A program made the position numbers and the translations under genes. This document shows, in pieces, positions 35,011 through 48,085 of a stretch of 64,000 nt of DNA. The stretch covers positions 108,936,001 to 109,000,000 of the forward strand of contig NC_045696.1 of NCBI RefSeq assembly GCF_009834535.1. Reading direction: 5' to 3'. Within the stretch, counting starts at the first letter, position 1, and every line of letters begins with the position of its first letter. This stretch comes from Camelus ferus (taxonomy: Eukaryota). Under the pieces are notes generated by a model. The model made no database searches, was not told the origin of the DNA, and was given only the letters and a program-made list of their open reading frames with translations.

Positions 35011-35952
35011 TCCAAGTCCTTCCTCAGGATCCCAGGCCTAGGTCTTGGAGGAGAAGGAACTGTCCAAGTGTGCGATCCTGGTGAGTGAGAAGTAAACGTT
35101 TGTTAAGTCACTGAGATTTCCGTGTTGTAACCGCAACCTACCCTGACTGATCCGGACATAGATCCCCTTCCTGTTCTGCACAGACATGAAACTGGAGGGG
35201 TTTGCTCCAGAGAAGCTGAATCTGACATGCTTTGGATGGGAAGATGCCAGAGGTGATGAGGGGTAGGGGTGAGACCTCATTCTGAAAGTCCCAGCCCTCT
35301 CCCTACTCCACTTGGCTCCCAGGCTGCTGATGGCCAGGTTTATATCCAGGCAGGAAACTGGAGAGTATTCTGGAAACTAAAAAAAAACTTCCCCAAGAGA
35401 AAACAGACTATAATTTGAGTTCTCCCAACCAGATATCCGACTCCCTGCCTGATCTCCCTACAATAAAAGACCAGTCACCAAGCCTTAAGCATCCTCTTAA
35501 AAGTGAGCAGATTGCCAAGGATGCTAAAAGTCGAGACCAGATCAAATAACTACAAACAAACTGAAGCAAAAAAAAGAAAATTTAAAAACTTGAAAAAACA
35601 GAATTTAGAAGAAAGAAAAAATTTTAAGATAAATATTTAGAGAGAGAGAAAATACATAAGCATGTAAGAAATAATGTCGTATTTGAGGAGGGATGAGGGA
35701 ATGAGAGTTTTATAAAATTTTTAAAAATTGATTATTTTAAAATTCAATTTAAAAAGCAGAAGATAAAGTTAAGAAAATTCACCAGAAGTTAGAAATTTAA
35801 AAAAAAAAGACAATTAGGGACAACAGATAAGGAATAAAATAATCAGTTCATGCGTTCCAAAGTCCAAAAAAGTTGTTGCAGAAAGATCAAACAGTGGAAT
35901 GAGAGGGGAGGGAATTATCAAAGAAATGACACAAGAAAATTTCCTGGGACTG

Positions 35953-36101
35953 GGGGTGGGCATAGCTCAAGTGGTAGAGCACATGCTTAGCACGCACGAG
36001 GTCCCAGGTTCAATCCCCAGTACCTCCTCCAAGAATAAAGAAGTAAATAAACCTAATTACCTATCCTACTCAAAAAAAAAAAAAAAAAATGGAAAAATAA
36101 C
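35953..36101 (+). mobile_element. tRNA-derived camelid SINE (Vic-1-like)
   Basis: TAGCTCAAGTGGTAGAG...GGTTCAATCCCCAGTACCTCC with polyA. 15-bp TSD at 35938-35952 / 36102-36116. Confidence 0.93.
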
Positions 36102-36542
36102 AATTTCCCAGGACCGAAGGACATGAGTTTCTCCTTTGAAAGGGCCTATTAAGTGTCCACCACAATGGAAGGATGAAAAAAATAAAGCCAACACTCCCCA
36201 AGGCACATCATCATGAAGTTTCAGAACACTGGGGCCAGATTCCAGAGAGAAACAAATAAAAGTCACATATAAGTGATCAGGAATGAGAGTAGCATCAGAC
36301 CTCTAAACAGAAACTGCTAACAGTGCATTAAAGACAACGATACAGTTCCCTTATAACAATGAGGGAAAATGATGTGTAAATAGAACTCCATAAATGGTCA
36401 AATTATTAATCAGGTGCCAGTTAAGACATTTCCAAAAATTCAACAGGTATTCCAGGCCTTGGGATCACGCACCCTTTCTCAGGAAGCCACGGGAGATCAT
36501 GATTCACCAACCAAGAGGATAAACTAAGAAAAAGAAACCAGT

Positions 36543-36690
36543 CTATAATGAAAAAGAATATGAAAACGGATATATGTATGTATATGTATGACTGAAACAT
36601 TAAGCTGTAAGCTGGAAATTGATACACTGTAACTGACTATACTTCAATTAAAAAATCAAATCAAATTAAATTAAATTAAAGTTAAATTAA
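36543..36690 (+). mobile_element. Short lineage-specific L1 3' tail with (AAATT)n
   Basis: TATAATGAAAAAGAATATGAAAAC...GTAACTGACTATACTTCAATTAAAAA. Confidence 0.85.
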
Positions 36691-38599
36691 AGAAAGAGAA
36701 AGAAATGGGATCCAGGCGAGAAGAGTTGCTGAGATGACAGTGAAGGGAGGTCACAGGATGACAGTCACAGGTATTCAGAAGGACCAGAGAGAAACCAGGA
36801 GCGATGGAGGAGTCCAGGTTCGATGTCCCCAGGCAAACGTGAAGCCGATAGACACCAGCTGGTTTGGAAAAGAGCTTGGAAAATTAGTGCTAGAGACATG
36901 AAGTTAAAGCAAATAAAAAATGAGGCAATTATCCCATTTCCTAACCCTCCCGGAAAACAATAAACAGTACGTTGTTAAAGAAAGGAAACATAATCGTAGA
37001 ACAATAGGTTGCTTAATTGTCAATTATTTTTATAGCCATAGTATAGCAGACACTGAGTATTTATTTAATCAAATCTTATGGCATAAACAGATTGGGAGAG
37101 CCGAGGAGTAAAAGTGTGTCCGTGCATGCGTGTGTGTGTGTGCGTGTAAAAAGGCTAAATCCTAATCTTGAAATAACAAGTCAATAGATAATATTAATGC
37201 CGGAAAATCAAGAAACTGAAGTACAATTGTGTATCACCGCAGAGAGAGGTAAACAGAAGAAGCAGGTGAAAGGGTGTCTCGAGAATGGTACCCTGGTGGG
37301 GGGAAGCAAGGCAGGGACCATCTTATCCACTGTCAGCCTAATTGCACTATTTGAATTATTATTAAACTGTGGTTTAATACAGTGCTATTTTTGTAAAAAC
37401 GTCTTTTGAAGCTATAAATGATTGTCACTTGCTCCAAGAGAACCCCCACTGCCTGGGCTTCTCATGGTGACTCTGCAGACTCCCAGGTCAAGAGTGGATG
37501 CGTTCTTGTTGGAAATGGCATGTGGCCTCTCCCTGGTGGTGGCAGAACTCTTCATTTTTAACAAACAAACATCCCTGAAATGAACGTCAGGTGGCCCACT
37601 GTGCCGGGCTTCAGGGTTTGTGAGGCCAGTCCTGTGACTTCAAAACAGCCCTGGGGCCATCCACCCCATCCAGCCCCAGACCTCCTCACCCCACTCACCA
37701 CACTAGTGTCAGCATCACGCCTGCTTCTCCCAACCAGCCTCACTCGGAATCGTGGTGCGGCCCGTGCAGTGGAGTAGAACAAAAATGAATTTAGGCAGAA
37801 AGACCCTGTGGTCAAATTCATACCCAGTCCCAACTAGTTGTATGTATTATCTATTTCTCTGTCATCAATTGATCACCATAGTCCAGTAATGCTGGGCACA
37901 CACTAAACACCTTACTTTTCTTAATCAGAGAGGCTGAAGAACTCAACTAAGATCACACAGATAATAAATAATTGCCAACTCAGCTCTGTGGGCTCCCAAG
38001 AATTCTTTCTGTTATTTCAGACTATCTCTGTAACTGAGGTGGGATACATTTTATTCCTGACTCTCCAGTACACACAGGTACATAAGCACGCACACACACA
38101 CGCATACACACACGCACATGTGTAGCTGTCCCCCAGCCCACCCTGAATCATCGTGCCTGAGCATCCTTCTGTGGTCAAGGTCCAACTCTCTTAAACCTTA
38201 TCATCTGGGGAAAGAGGGCAGCAGGAGGGCATGTGTCCCCAACATTTCAGGGCAATGCCCTGAAATTCCAAGAGATACAAATATTTGGCAATTGATGACT
38301 ATGTAATGCAACATAAAACCTGATAATCTAGGAATTAAATGTACAAAATGGAAGACGTTTGCCAGAGCTTTGTTTGTGCTGCAGTGGGGTAAGAGGCACA
38401 AACGTTCAGTCAGCTAGATTGTGCAGAACAAGGCAAAGAGGAGGGCCGTCCCCAGCCTGGAGGGGCCTCACCGCCGAGCTCCCCACATCCACTTCTGTCA
38501 CACTGAGCCTCGAAATTCCCAGACTCCTTGATTATTCCCTCAATGACCCGTCAAGGTAATGAAAATCCCCCTTTCCGCAGCCTACTCCCTTGGGGGCCC

Positions 38600-38760
38600 T
38601 GGCCTCTGCAGGCAAAGCGCTGCTGTTGGAAATCCCTGACCAATCAGACAAATTAATCTCTGATAAAAGATTAATGGAAGGATGGCTAATGGATTTCGTT
38701 TCTGGTGCCAACCATGATTGATTGGTAGTGCTGCTGAGAGTGCTCATTTGAGGAGGACTG
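38600..38760. promoter_or_regulatory. Candidate developmental enhancer
   Basis: ACCAATCA, ATTAATCT-CTGATAAA-AGATTAAT, TAATGG twice and TGATTGATTGGT cluster within ~90 bp of unique sequence. Confidence 0.5.
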
Positions 38761-40689
38761 TGGCCAGAGTTTAGGCAAACAAGAGTGCTGGGGTCGATTC
38801 AGGATGTCTGCCCTGAGCCCTCCAGAGACAAGGGCATTGTGGGTATGGCCTGTCTGCCATCCAAGGATCAGTGGCTGCCCTAGGTTAACCTACCCCTCTC
38901 TCACTGAGTACATATCTGCGTTTTGGCATGGCCCCTGGGGGAAGAAATACATTCTAGATAGTAAAAGACCTTGTGACCATGAGGAGGTGTGTAGGGCAGA
39001 GGAACCCTACCAGCCCTCTTGTGACAGCCCTTTTCATGCTCCAGGATGACCTGACCTCACCAGTAGCATCTCAGAGGACCCTCAGCACTGCTCCAGCCCA
39101 TGGTGAGAAGAGGACTCAATGGCCATCAATTCCAGTTCATCTCAATGAGCATCATGAACCTGTACCCTCTGGAGCAGTGTCCACCACCCACATGCGGATA
39201 GCTTGAGCTGTCCATTGGGGGTCAGGCCCAGGTACAGGTGAGCTGTCACCATCTGCTCTAGAGACTCAGGTCCTGAGAAGGACAGTTGGAGGCTGGTCAG
39301 GTGCTTCCAAGCTAAAGAGAAAGTGGATCAGTCTTGCAAACAAACCCTGAGTGCATTAAGGCTCTGCACATTTAGGCCTCATAGTAAATCCAAAAGGAAT
39401 TGGGAGAGGGTGTCCCAGCCCCTGAAAGGCTATTTTTGTTTGATTTTGTTTGCTTTTCCAGAGCTGCCTACGTGCTGGCTAAAGTGTTCAATATAAAGGG
39501 GTCTGAAAAGTTAGGCAGACCCTGAAGATTTCGTGTGGGACCCGTGATTCTTGGAGACTGGGTGAGAGACCTAGGATGTCAGAGGAGGGCCGCACTGAGT
39601 CTGCTGCTCCTCTGTGCACCCGGCAGACCCCAGGCTGTCTCCCTTCGAAGAGGGTTCAGAAACTCCAGCCAGGCCCCACCTCTCCAGCAAGCCGTGGCCC
39701 TTCCATTCTGGGATCCACACACTATTTGCAGAAGTCTCCTGCTCATGAACAAGTCCTGGCTTGTCCAGCTAGTCCAAATAAAGCACATAGGGACCATGAT
39801 GGCAGATTGGGTCATCCGAAAGTTGCACTGGGAACAGACTCCTGCAAATAGCAGGTGTGGGCTAGCCCTGGCTCCAGGGGAGAAAGACTTCTGGTAAAAA
39901 CGTCCTCCCATGGGCAGAGTTTGGGTTGGCAGGCCTCTTAATCACAACGATCTCTGGGTTCAACTGGGAAACACTTCTCAGCTGGGCTTCTGTCACTTTT
40001 TCTCTCTCTTTCTTTTTGTTTTTCTTTTTTTATGTAATTCTTTCTTTCTATCTGTCTTTTTCTTTTTCTCTTCCTGCTTTTATTCTCCCTCTCATTCTGC
40101 AAGTGTAGATGCCTAGTGGATGCCAGGTGTGGCCCTGGGTGCTAGGGACACAGACGTGAACATGGCCTGATCCCTCTTCCAGGAGTTCCCCCAGTCTAGA
40201 AAGGGAGACTATAAAGCTACCTGCACAGAAGCACACGGCAGGACAGAAGCACAGGGGAAAGAGCACTCAAACCTGCACAGAGAATTTAGCACTTGAGTTG
40301 GAATTTGCAGGATTAATTGATGCTCTTTAAGTGGGAAGTCATGTAAAGACACTTCAGACAAAGGCATTTCAAGAGGCAGAAGCACCCAGGCCTGAAAGAA
40401 TATGCAATGTTTGGGAAAGTGCAGGCAGAGAGGAATTGCCTGAGTCAGTGAAAAGCAACTTCAGGCCTGTGGCTAGAAGCAGATGCAACAGCCTTCCATG
40501 GTCTTCCCCACTAGCTTCCACAATGGCACAAGGTCTAACCCATATAATAATTATTCCACGTCATTCATACTGATTCTGCTGTTCTGAACAAACTCTATCT
40601 GGTATACCAGAAGCCACCAAATTTTTATGCAAATATTTTATTTAGTATTTATTATAAATAACTATATATATTAAATTTTATAGTAAATC

Positions 40690-41029
40690 TTTATATACTT
40701 GCATTGCAGGCCAAGAAGCAAACTGAGGATATTATAAAGGTTCTTAAATAACAAAAGGGAAAACATGTTTTCACAATTTTTTTTTTACTAAATTCAAAAT
40801 GTAATAATACTAATTTAATATGATTTTTTTGTGGTGCAGGTCTACTTATGAGAAAAACAGAATCCTTTTGGACAGATAACATTTCACTTAATAGCAATTC
40901 AAAGTTAGTACTCCCTATCATCAAATTGATTGTAAAGTTTTATTTATACAAACCATTCTTAGCATGTGGGTGATACAAAAACAGGCAATAGGCAAGATAT
41001 GACTTAGGAGCTACAGTTTGATGGTCCTG
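40690..41029 (+). mobile_element. MER58-family hAT-Charlie element
   Basis: GAAGCAAACTGAGGATATTAT...AAACCATTCTTAGC...TACAAAAACAGGCAATAGGC...CAGTTTGATGGTCCTG. Confidence 0.75.
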
Positions 41030-41089
41030 TGATGCATCTTCCAAAGAAGAAAAACTTTCAGGGCTGAAAAGCTAGAGAGCCTGTAATCT

Positions 41090-41490
41090 CTTAATCAAAA
41101 ATTCAAATAGATTTCACCGAAGGAACTAAAGATGAGCTAAATCTTATTAAAGCTGCAACCCATCTCTAACCCAGCGCAATCCCTGGTTGGATTGAGACAA
41201 CAGTCTTACCTAACAAACAAAGGAAGGAATTCTTGCTGGTTGAAGATATCACCCAAAGGCTCTACAGTTCCATTATGCACAATGACCAACATGTAATGAA
41301 AAATTACTGGATGTGCAAAAAGAAGAGAAAATGTGATTGATAATAGAAGAAAAACCAAATAATAGAAATAAGTTAGAAGACTTTAAAATAGCTGTGACTA
41401 ATAGGTTAGAGAAAGAGGACACAGCTGAAGAAAGAATTAGTAAACCCAAAGACAAGTCAATAGAAAATATCCAAAGTAAAGCACAGAAAG
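41090..41490 (+). mobile_element. Old L1 5'/ORF1 fragment
   Basis: ORF 41337-41555 includes EDTAEERISKPKDKSIENIQSKAQ, resembling the L1 ORF1 coiled coil. Confidence 0.65.
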
Positions 41491-42144
41491 CTTTATCTGA
41501 GGAAACAATCATTCTGCTGCAGTATGCAAGATGGATTGCTGGAAAGAAAAATTAAAGTCAAATTACCTTGAGCGGAAGAGTAGAAATTTGCTCTTTCTAG
41601 TCATCTAAAAGCAGCCAGGGTGAGGTGTAAACAGCACCCAAAGCATTCTTCTCCACTCCCTTAAAGGGAAAAAGGACCTTATTCAATTATCTTTTCCCCT
41701 CTGTAGACTTATTCATTTGAATGCAAGTAAAATCAGAAGTCTCTTGAAGAAGCACCCCCACCATAGGGTCAAGCCAAGTCTCTTCATTTTCCTCCAAAAA
41801 TGGTATCTCTGGCTTGACTGAGACTAGAGGAAGACAGAAGGAAGAAATCCTTAAGATTCTCCATATTCCTGGCTCTTCCTTGTGCAGAGGAGGGAAAGAC
41901 TCTAGGCTCCAACCCAGCCGGCTGATGTCTCCTCTCTGACCAGTTCCCAGAAGGTTAGCAGAGATTCTACACCAGCAACAACCCTCCCAGGAAACCAGGA
42001 GTTCCTAGTTAATCAGGAGTTATGACTTGCAATCCATCCAGATCTTGGCAGAAAACCAGTTACCATTAAAACCAAAGGGTGAGCTGGAGGGAAAGGTGGG
42101 GGGAGTGGGCAGGCAAATTCTCCTTCAGAGGGAAAGCTCTAAGT

Positions 42145-42625
42145 GATGTTCATTCATTCAGTAACATGAAACCTCTCCTGTGTGCCAGGTACAGGTCTAG
42201 ACCTGGGGACACCGCAGTAAGCAAGACAGACAAGGGTACCACTCACAGAGCTACAGTGTTCTGATTGATCAAAGGCACTTTAATAAGTGGAAATTACAAT
42301 CAGGAAATTAAAACAGGATGATGTAATATAAAAGGGTAATTTGGGTGGTCAGGGAAGGCTTCTCAGAGTTGGTGATGTTGAAAGTGAGAGCTGATGGAGA
42401 AGAAGGAGTCAGCCATGTGGAAACCTACGTCAAGAGCCTTTCAGGCACAGGGAACAGCTCCAGCAAACAGCCAGAAGGCCAGTGTGGCTGGAGGGTGGTG
42501 GGTGCTGGGGAGAGGGTTGCACAGGGAGGTGGGGAAGGCGGGAGGAATGCTGTTATGCGAGTTCTTAATCATTCTGACATGGAGCTTTATTTCATGTGCG
42601 ATGGAAAGTCACTGGGGACTTAAAC
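42145..42625 (-). mobile_element. L2 LINE 3' fragment
   Basis: CATTCATTCAG...TGTGCCAGGTAC...GTGGTCAGGGAAGGCTTCTC. Confidence 0.8.
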
Positions 42626-42779
42626 TGCTTAGAAGAGCCCTCTATGTGTTTCCTGTTACCCTCTGGGTTGATTTTGTGGCTCCAAGTCCCTGGCTATTCA
42701 GGAATACTGCCCCTCCCCTCAATTCCTCTCCTCCTCAGCCTTTGCCAAAAGGTTTAGGCCAAAACTCGGAGGGTCATTC

Positions 42780-43720
42780 TTGACACTTCTATTTTCCTCA
42801 CAATCTACTTGAAACCTGAAGAAAATTCTATGGGTTTTCCCTTTGGTGTATGGCCAGTATCTGATGCTTCTCACCACCCCTCTGCTGCCAGCCTCAACTA
42901 AGTCACTGTCATCCCACCCGGGAGTGATTGAAAGCATCTGTTTGGGGGGAAGGTATACAGCTCAGCGGTAGAGCGCATGCTTAGCATGCATGAGGTCCTG
43001 GGTTTGACCCCCCCAGTACCTCCGGTAAACAAATAAACAAACAAACCTAATTCCCCCCTCCAAAAAAGAGTCTTTCTCCTCTTGCTCCTACAATCAATTT
43101 GCTACACAAAGAAAACTTTTAAACAGCCAACCACAACAGATCACATCTCTGCTTGATGCCTCCTTGGTGCCTATCTCATACAGGGTAAAATCCAGAGTTC
43201 TTACTGGAGCCTGTGAAGTCTCTCTGGTGCCCCGCCATCATTTCTCTGCCCTCACCACCTCCCATTGCCCCTGACTCCCTCCCTCCCTCAGACACCGGCC
43301 TCCAGGCCGCCAGCATCCTCCTGCACTGGGGCCTTCGTGCTTCCGTCTGTCTGGAGCACTTTCCCCAGAGAGCCCACAGCTGACTCCCTCTCCTCCAGGA
43401 GGTCCCTGCTCAAAGGCCACCTGCCAGTGGAGCCATGCCTGCCTCTGCTATTGAGTAATGCACACTGTCCCCACCCCTGGCACTCTGGATGCTCTTCTCA
43501 TAGCTGTGCTTTGCATTTTTTTGGTAAGTCTCATCACCTTCTAAAAATTCTATACTTACCCATTTATTATGGTAACAATTCACCATCTGACCTCTCCCCT
43601 GATTTAGATGAATTTCCATGACAGAATAAGTACTATGCTTGTGTTTTTCCCTTTATGCCAAACTTCTCAAGCAGTGCTTAGCATGTAGTCGGTGCTCAAT
43701 GGATATTTTTGAATAAATGT
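42780..43720 (+). mobile_element. L2 LINE 3' fragment carrying a SINE insertion
   Basis: GGGTAAAATCCAGAGTTCTTAC...CCGTCTGTCTGGAGCACTTTCCCC...GCATGTAGTCGGTGCTCAATGGATATTTTTGAATAAATG. Confidence 0.75.
42944..43067 (+). mobile_element. tRNA-derived camelid SINE (Vic-1-like)
   Basis: CAGCTCAGCGGTAGAGCGCATGCTTAGCATGCATGAGGTCCTGGGTT...AAACCTAATTCCCCCC. Confidence 0.9.
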
Positions 43721-44599
43721 TGTTGGATGTGTCAAGAATTTTTCAAATTTTATACTATGCCCTGGGTCAGCATCGATCCTAACAATCTTTATATCCATAG
43801 TATTTCACACGATCCTTCAAGAAAGAAATTGTTTTTTGAAAAGGAAACATTTTGAGCACTGGATGCTGAGCACATGAAGTACTGCTTTGGCTTCAGTTAG
43901 ACATGGTGAGTTGAACACACGTGCCCTTCCCAAACCCCAACAAAATGACCAAAAAGAGGTAAAAGCAGAATTAACTCATAAAGACAAAATGAACAAGAGG
44001 GAGATGACTGCAGACAAGATGTGCCAACAGAAGGTAATGGGGGAAGCAGGTGGACAAGGGCAACCACGTTGGCAGACATGACAAGGGTGAAGGATACTTG
44101 TCTGAAGGGAGCGAACCAGGAACCCTGGAATGTTGTAGGAAGGGAGGCTGCTCTGAATCTGAATGCCTGGGGCGGGTGGGCTGAACACAAGAGAAGGTGT
44201 TGAAGATCAGTGTAAGAGACAGTGAGGCTCCCACATCCCTTCCACTCACCTGATCAGCACCCGCACAGGCCCTGCTGATTGAATCCAACTTGTGATGTAA
44301 CAAAACTGGAACGATATTATCCAGAAGTGTCTGTGTGATGGGGGTGGGGGCGGGGAGGAGAGGGACAAGTCTTATTCTGAGTTTGGAATTCAGTAGAAAA
44401 TAACTCAAGTTTGAAACTCAAAAGCCAGCAGTCTAAGGATGGTGAAAACTGCCAAAACAGTTGAAAGTGGTCACCTCGGGGAAGTGTGAATTGTGACCGA
44501 GGAGGGACTGGGGCAGGAGCCCGCTGTTTCTCATTATAAGCTGTATGGAATGATTTGTCTTTTTAAACTCTGTCTCTGTGTTACTTTTATAAAAATAAA

Positions 44600-45410
44600 A
44601 ATTGAATTTCTGGCTGCTGTGTGGGGAATAGATTGGAGGGAGGCAAGAATGGAAGCGGGGAAACCCATTAAGTGGTTCGGGGGAGAGGTGATGGCTCCCG
44701 GGGCCAGCATGGCAAGAGTGGGAGAGGAGAGAATGGAATGAATCTGCCAGGTTTTGGAGACAGAGTCCACATGACTTCCTGAACGACAGAATAGAGACAG
44801 TGAAAAAGTGAGAGGAACCAAATGTAATTTCTAGGCACGTGGCTGGAGCCACTTGGTGCAGCAGATGGGGTGGGGAGCAGTGAGGCCAGCGAGCCCCGGG
44901 GGGACAGCGTTCAAGGAGGTCCTGGCCCTGAGGGCCGGGCAGGTGCAGCTGGGTCCCTGAGAGGGAGGCCCCCGAAACACTGTGCCTCCCCCAGCCTCAT
45001 CGCAGCCTCGCCGTGGCAGGTTCTGGTGCTATTTACTGACATGGGGAAATCAGTGGCCAAAAGCATAGCAGGCACCATGGGAGACAGAGAAATTTACAAA
45101 TGTTTTATTTCGGACAAGTCACTATTGAATCATCTGTGTGTGGGCCAGGGAAGTTGTCAGGCAGTTCAAGTCTGCAGCTGAGGAGGGCAGTCAGGTTAGA
45201 GACAGGAATTCAGACGTCTCAGCATAGAGATGGTAACCCAGAGAGAACAATGTGAAAGCACAGGAGGGCCAGATTGGAGACGTTGTGGCCCGTGACAAGG
45301 AGGAGGAGAGGGACCAACAAGGTAGACAGAGAAGTTGCTGCCAGGCCGGCAAGAGGGAGCCTGAGAGAGGCTGGCTTTTTCGAGAAGCCAGGAAGAAAGT
45401 CTTTGCAGAG
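44600..45410 (-). mobile_element. L2 fragments
   Basis: CTGGCTGCTGTGTGGGGAATAGATTGGAGGGAGGCAAG and CAGCATAGAGATGGTA...GAAGCCAGGAAGAAAG, with unique sequence between. Confidence 0.6.
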
Positions 45411-45959
45411 GACACCACTGTCCATCCTGCCCCTCCCACTTCCAGGCCACCGCCTGCCCCTGCAGCCTGCAGCTCTATCCCTTCCCTGGGACCCCTCGAG
45501 CCAGACAGTGACTCTTGCCTTGACCCACGTTGCTTTCTAAGGACTGAGCTTGGGCCAGTCTTTTCACAACTGTTTATGAAGCTCCTGGTGCCGGGAATGG
45601 TGCCAGGCACAGTGGAGACAGGGATGACAAGGACAAATCCACACTTGCCTGTGACACTTCCTGCTCTGGGCTCCTTCAGATAAACCTCCCCCCACCCCAC
45701 CTGCCCGAGTCTGAATTCTGGCCCCAAGCCCACTGGCCAGACCTCCAGGCAAGCCAAGTGAGCCTCCGTAAGGGGTGAGGGGCCTAAACAGTTCCTCTCC
45801 TACGAGGTGCAGCCTCATCAGGGCACAGAATCATCCGCTGTGGAGAGAGGTATACCCAGGGCGGGCCACAGAACAGCCAGCTGGTGACTGTCTTATACAA
45901 ACAAAGTAGAAAGCAATGCCGAGAGGAGCAGGGAGGGATTCAGTGAGGTGGTAAAAATC

Positions 45960-46110
45960 CCAGGGACACTAACTAGCTGTGTGACCTGAGGCAAGTTACT
46001 TAAGCTCTCTGAGCCTCAGCTTCCACCAGTACAGAATGGAGGTAATCGTAGGATGACGTGCCCTGCTGATTGTGCGAATGCACTGAGCTTCGTACATGTA
46101 AGTGCTTAGA
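45960..46110 (+). mobile_element. MIR
   Basis: CACTAACTAGCTGTGTGACCTGAGGCAAGTTACTTAAGCTCTCTGAGCCTCAGCTTCC. Confidence 0.8.
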
Positions 46111-46916
46111 ACAGAAATTATCAGCCGTCACATGTCAGTGGTCACAGGTCATATGTGGCTGACCAGGGAGGAGACCTGGGCTGGGCTGCCGGACCCTGTG
46201 TCGAGTGCTCAGGCCATCGGGCCAGCCCCCTTTCTTTTTCTCTGTCCTTCCATGCTCCCTACGTGCAGACGAGCTGCAGCAGTAGGAGGGTGGGTGCATT
46301 GGCCTCTGTGCTGTTCCCTGGGAGGGTCCCAAGCCCCTCTTTCCCTTTGGGGACTCCTCTGCCATGCAGTGCCTCGTGCCCGGCTTTACCACCTGCCGGG
46401 ATTCACGTCTGTCTGTTTGCAAGGACCAGATGCGCCCCAGCCTCCTCCTGTGAGTCAAGCATCTGGTCCATGGAAGCAAGAAAGGTCACTGCCATGTGTG
46501 GACATGGATCCTCTACCTGGAAACTCATTTCTCAGTCAACGATGAGTGTTGCCACCTCTCACTGGAGAAGCCAGAACAATATATGCTCAAGTCATTCCAA
46601 TCAGGGTTGTTTCCACGAGCCTTTGGCTTCTGTGGGGGAACACTTGGTTTAAAAGGAAATAGAATTTCCCCTTTCAATATCCTTCTTGGATGACAGGTCT
46701 GTGATTGGAATCAGGGCATGAAGAATCATGCCCCGGTGGTTATTTCCATTAGTGGCTTTTGACTTTGCAGGGACACCTGGATCACAGAGCATCCAGTTTC
46801 TCCTGCCTTCCATTTCCCACCCTCACGGCTCAGGCAGGTCCTGGCAGGTTGACCCTGGAGTGTCTTAGTATCTAGAGCCCTGTGCTATCTGGTCAGGAGC
46901 TCAGCTAACTCATTTT

Positions 46917-48085
46917 TTAAAAAAAAAATGTAACTGAAGTATATAGTCAGTTACAATGTGTCAATCTCTGGTGTACAGTATAATGTCCTAGTCATACGTA
47001 TATACATACATATTCGTTTTCATATTCTTTTTCATTAAAGGTGTTGAATATAATTCCCTGTGCTATACAGAGGAAATTTGGTTTGATCTATTTTTATATA
47101 TAGTGGTTAACATTTGCAAATCTCAAATTCCCAAATTTATCCCTTCCCACCCTCTTTCCCCTGGTAACCATAAGATTGTTTACTATGTCTGTAAGTCTGT
47201 TTCTGTTTTTCAGATGAGTTCATTAGTGTCCTCTTTTTTCTTTTCTTTTCTGTATTTTTTTTTAGAGTCCACATATGAGTGATATCATATGGTATTTTTC
47301 TCTTTCTGGCTTGCTTCACTTAGTATGACAATCTCCAATTCCATCCATGTTGCTGCAAATGGCAGTATTTTATTCTTTTTTACGGCTGAGTAGTATTCCA
47401 TTGTATAAATATACCACATCTTCTTTACCCACTCATCTGTCGATGGACATTTAGGTTGCTTTCATGTCTTGGCTATTGTACATTGTGCTGCTATGAACAT
47501 TGGGGTGCATGTATCTTTTCAAATTAGAATTCCTTACAGAGGAAGGAATGCCCAGGAGTGGAATTGCTAGATAATACAGTAAGTCTATTTTTAGTTTTTT
47601 GAGGAATCTCCATACTGTTTTCCATAATAACTGCACCAAACTACATTCCCATCAACAGTATAGGACTGTTCCCTTTTCTCCACAGCCTCTCCAGCATTTA
47701 TCATTTGTGGACTTTTGAATGATGGCCATTCTGACTGGTGTGAGGTGATACCTCATTGTAGTTTTGATTTGCATTTCTCTGATAATTAGTGATAATGAGC
47801 ATTTTTTATGTGCCTATGGCCATATGTATGTCTTCACTGGAGAATTGCTTGTTTAGGTCTTCTGCCCATTTTTGGATTGGGTTGTTTCTTTTTTCGTTGT
47901 TATTAAGTTGTAAGAGCTGGTTGTATATTCTGGAAATTAAACCTTTGTCAGTAGCATTACTTGCAAATATTTTTTCCCATTCCGTAGGTTGTCTTTTTGT
48001 TTTGCTTATGGTTTCCTTTGCTATGCAAAAGCTTGTAAGTTTAATTAGATCCCATTTGTTTATTTGTGCTTTTATTTCTATTTCG
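46917..48085 (-). mobile_element. 5'-truncated lineage-specific L1 (~1.17 kb)
   Basis: Reverse homolog of 28420-29550. ORF 47451-47639 [16 protein letters not shown] is the L1 ORF2 end. TSD GCTAACTCATTTT (46904-46916) / GTTAACTCATCTT (48086-48098). Confidence 0.95.

Larger units (their letters stand above)
35330..37400 (+). mobile_element. HAL1 / old L1 ORF1-like element, interrupted by a SINE and an L1 tail
   Basis: GAGGGGAGGGAATTATCAAAGAAATGACACAAGAAAATTTCC, AGGCACATCATCATGAAGTTTCAGAACACTGGG, ACCCTTTCTCAGGAAGC and ATGGGATCCAGG are HAL1-like motifs. Confidence 0.7.
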
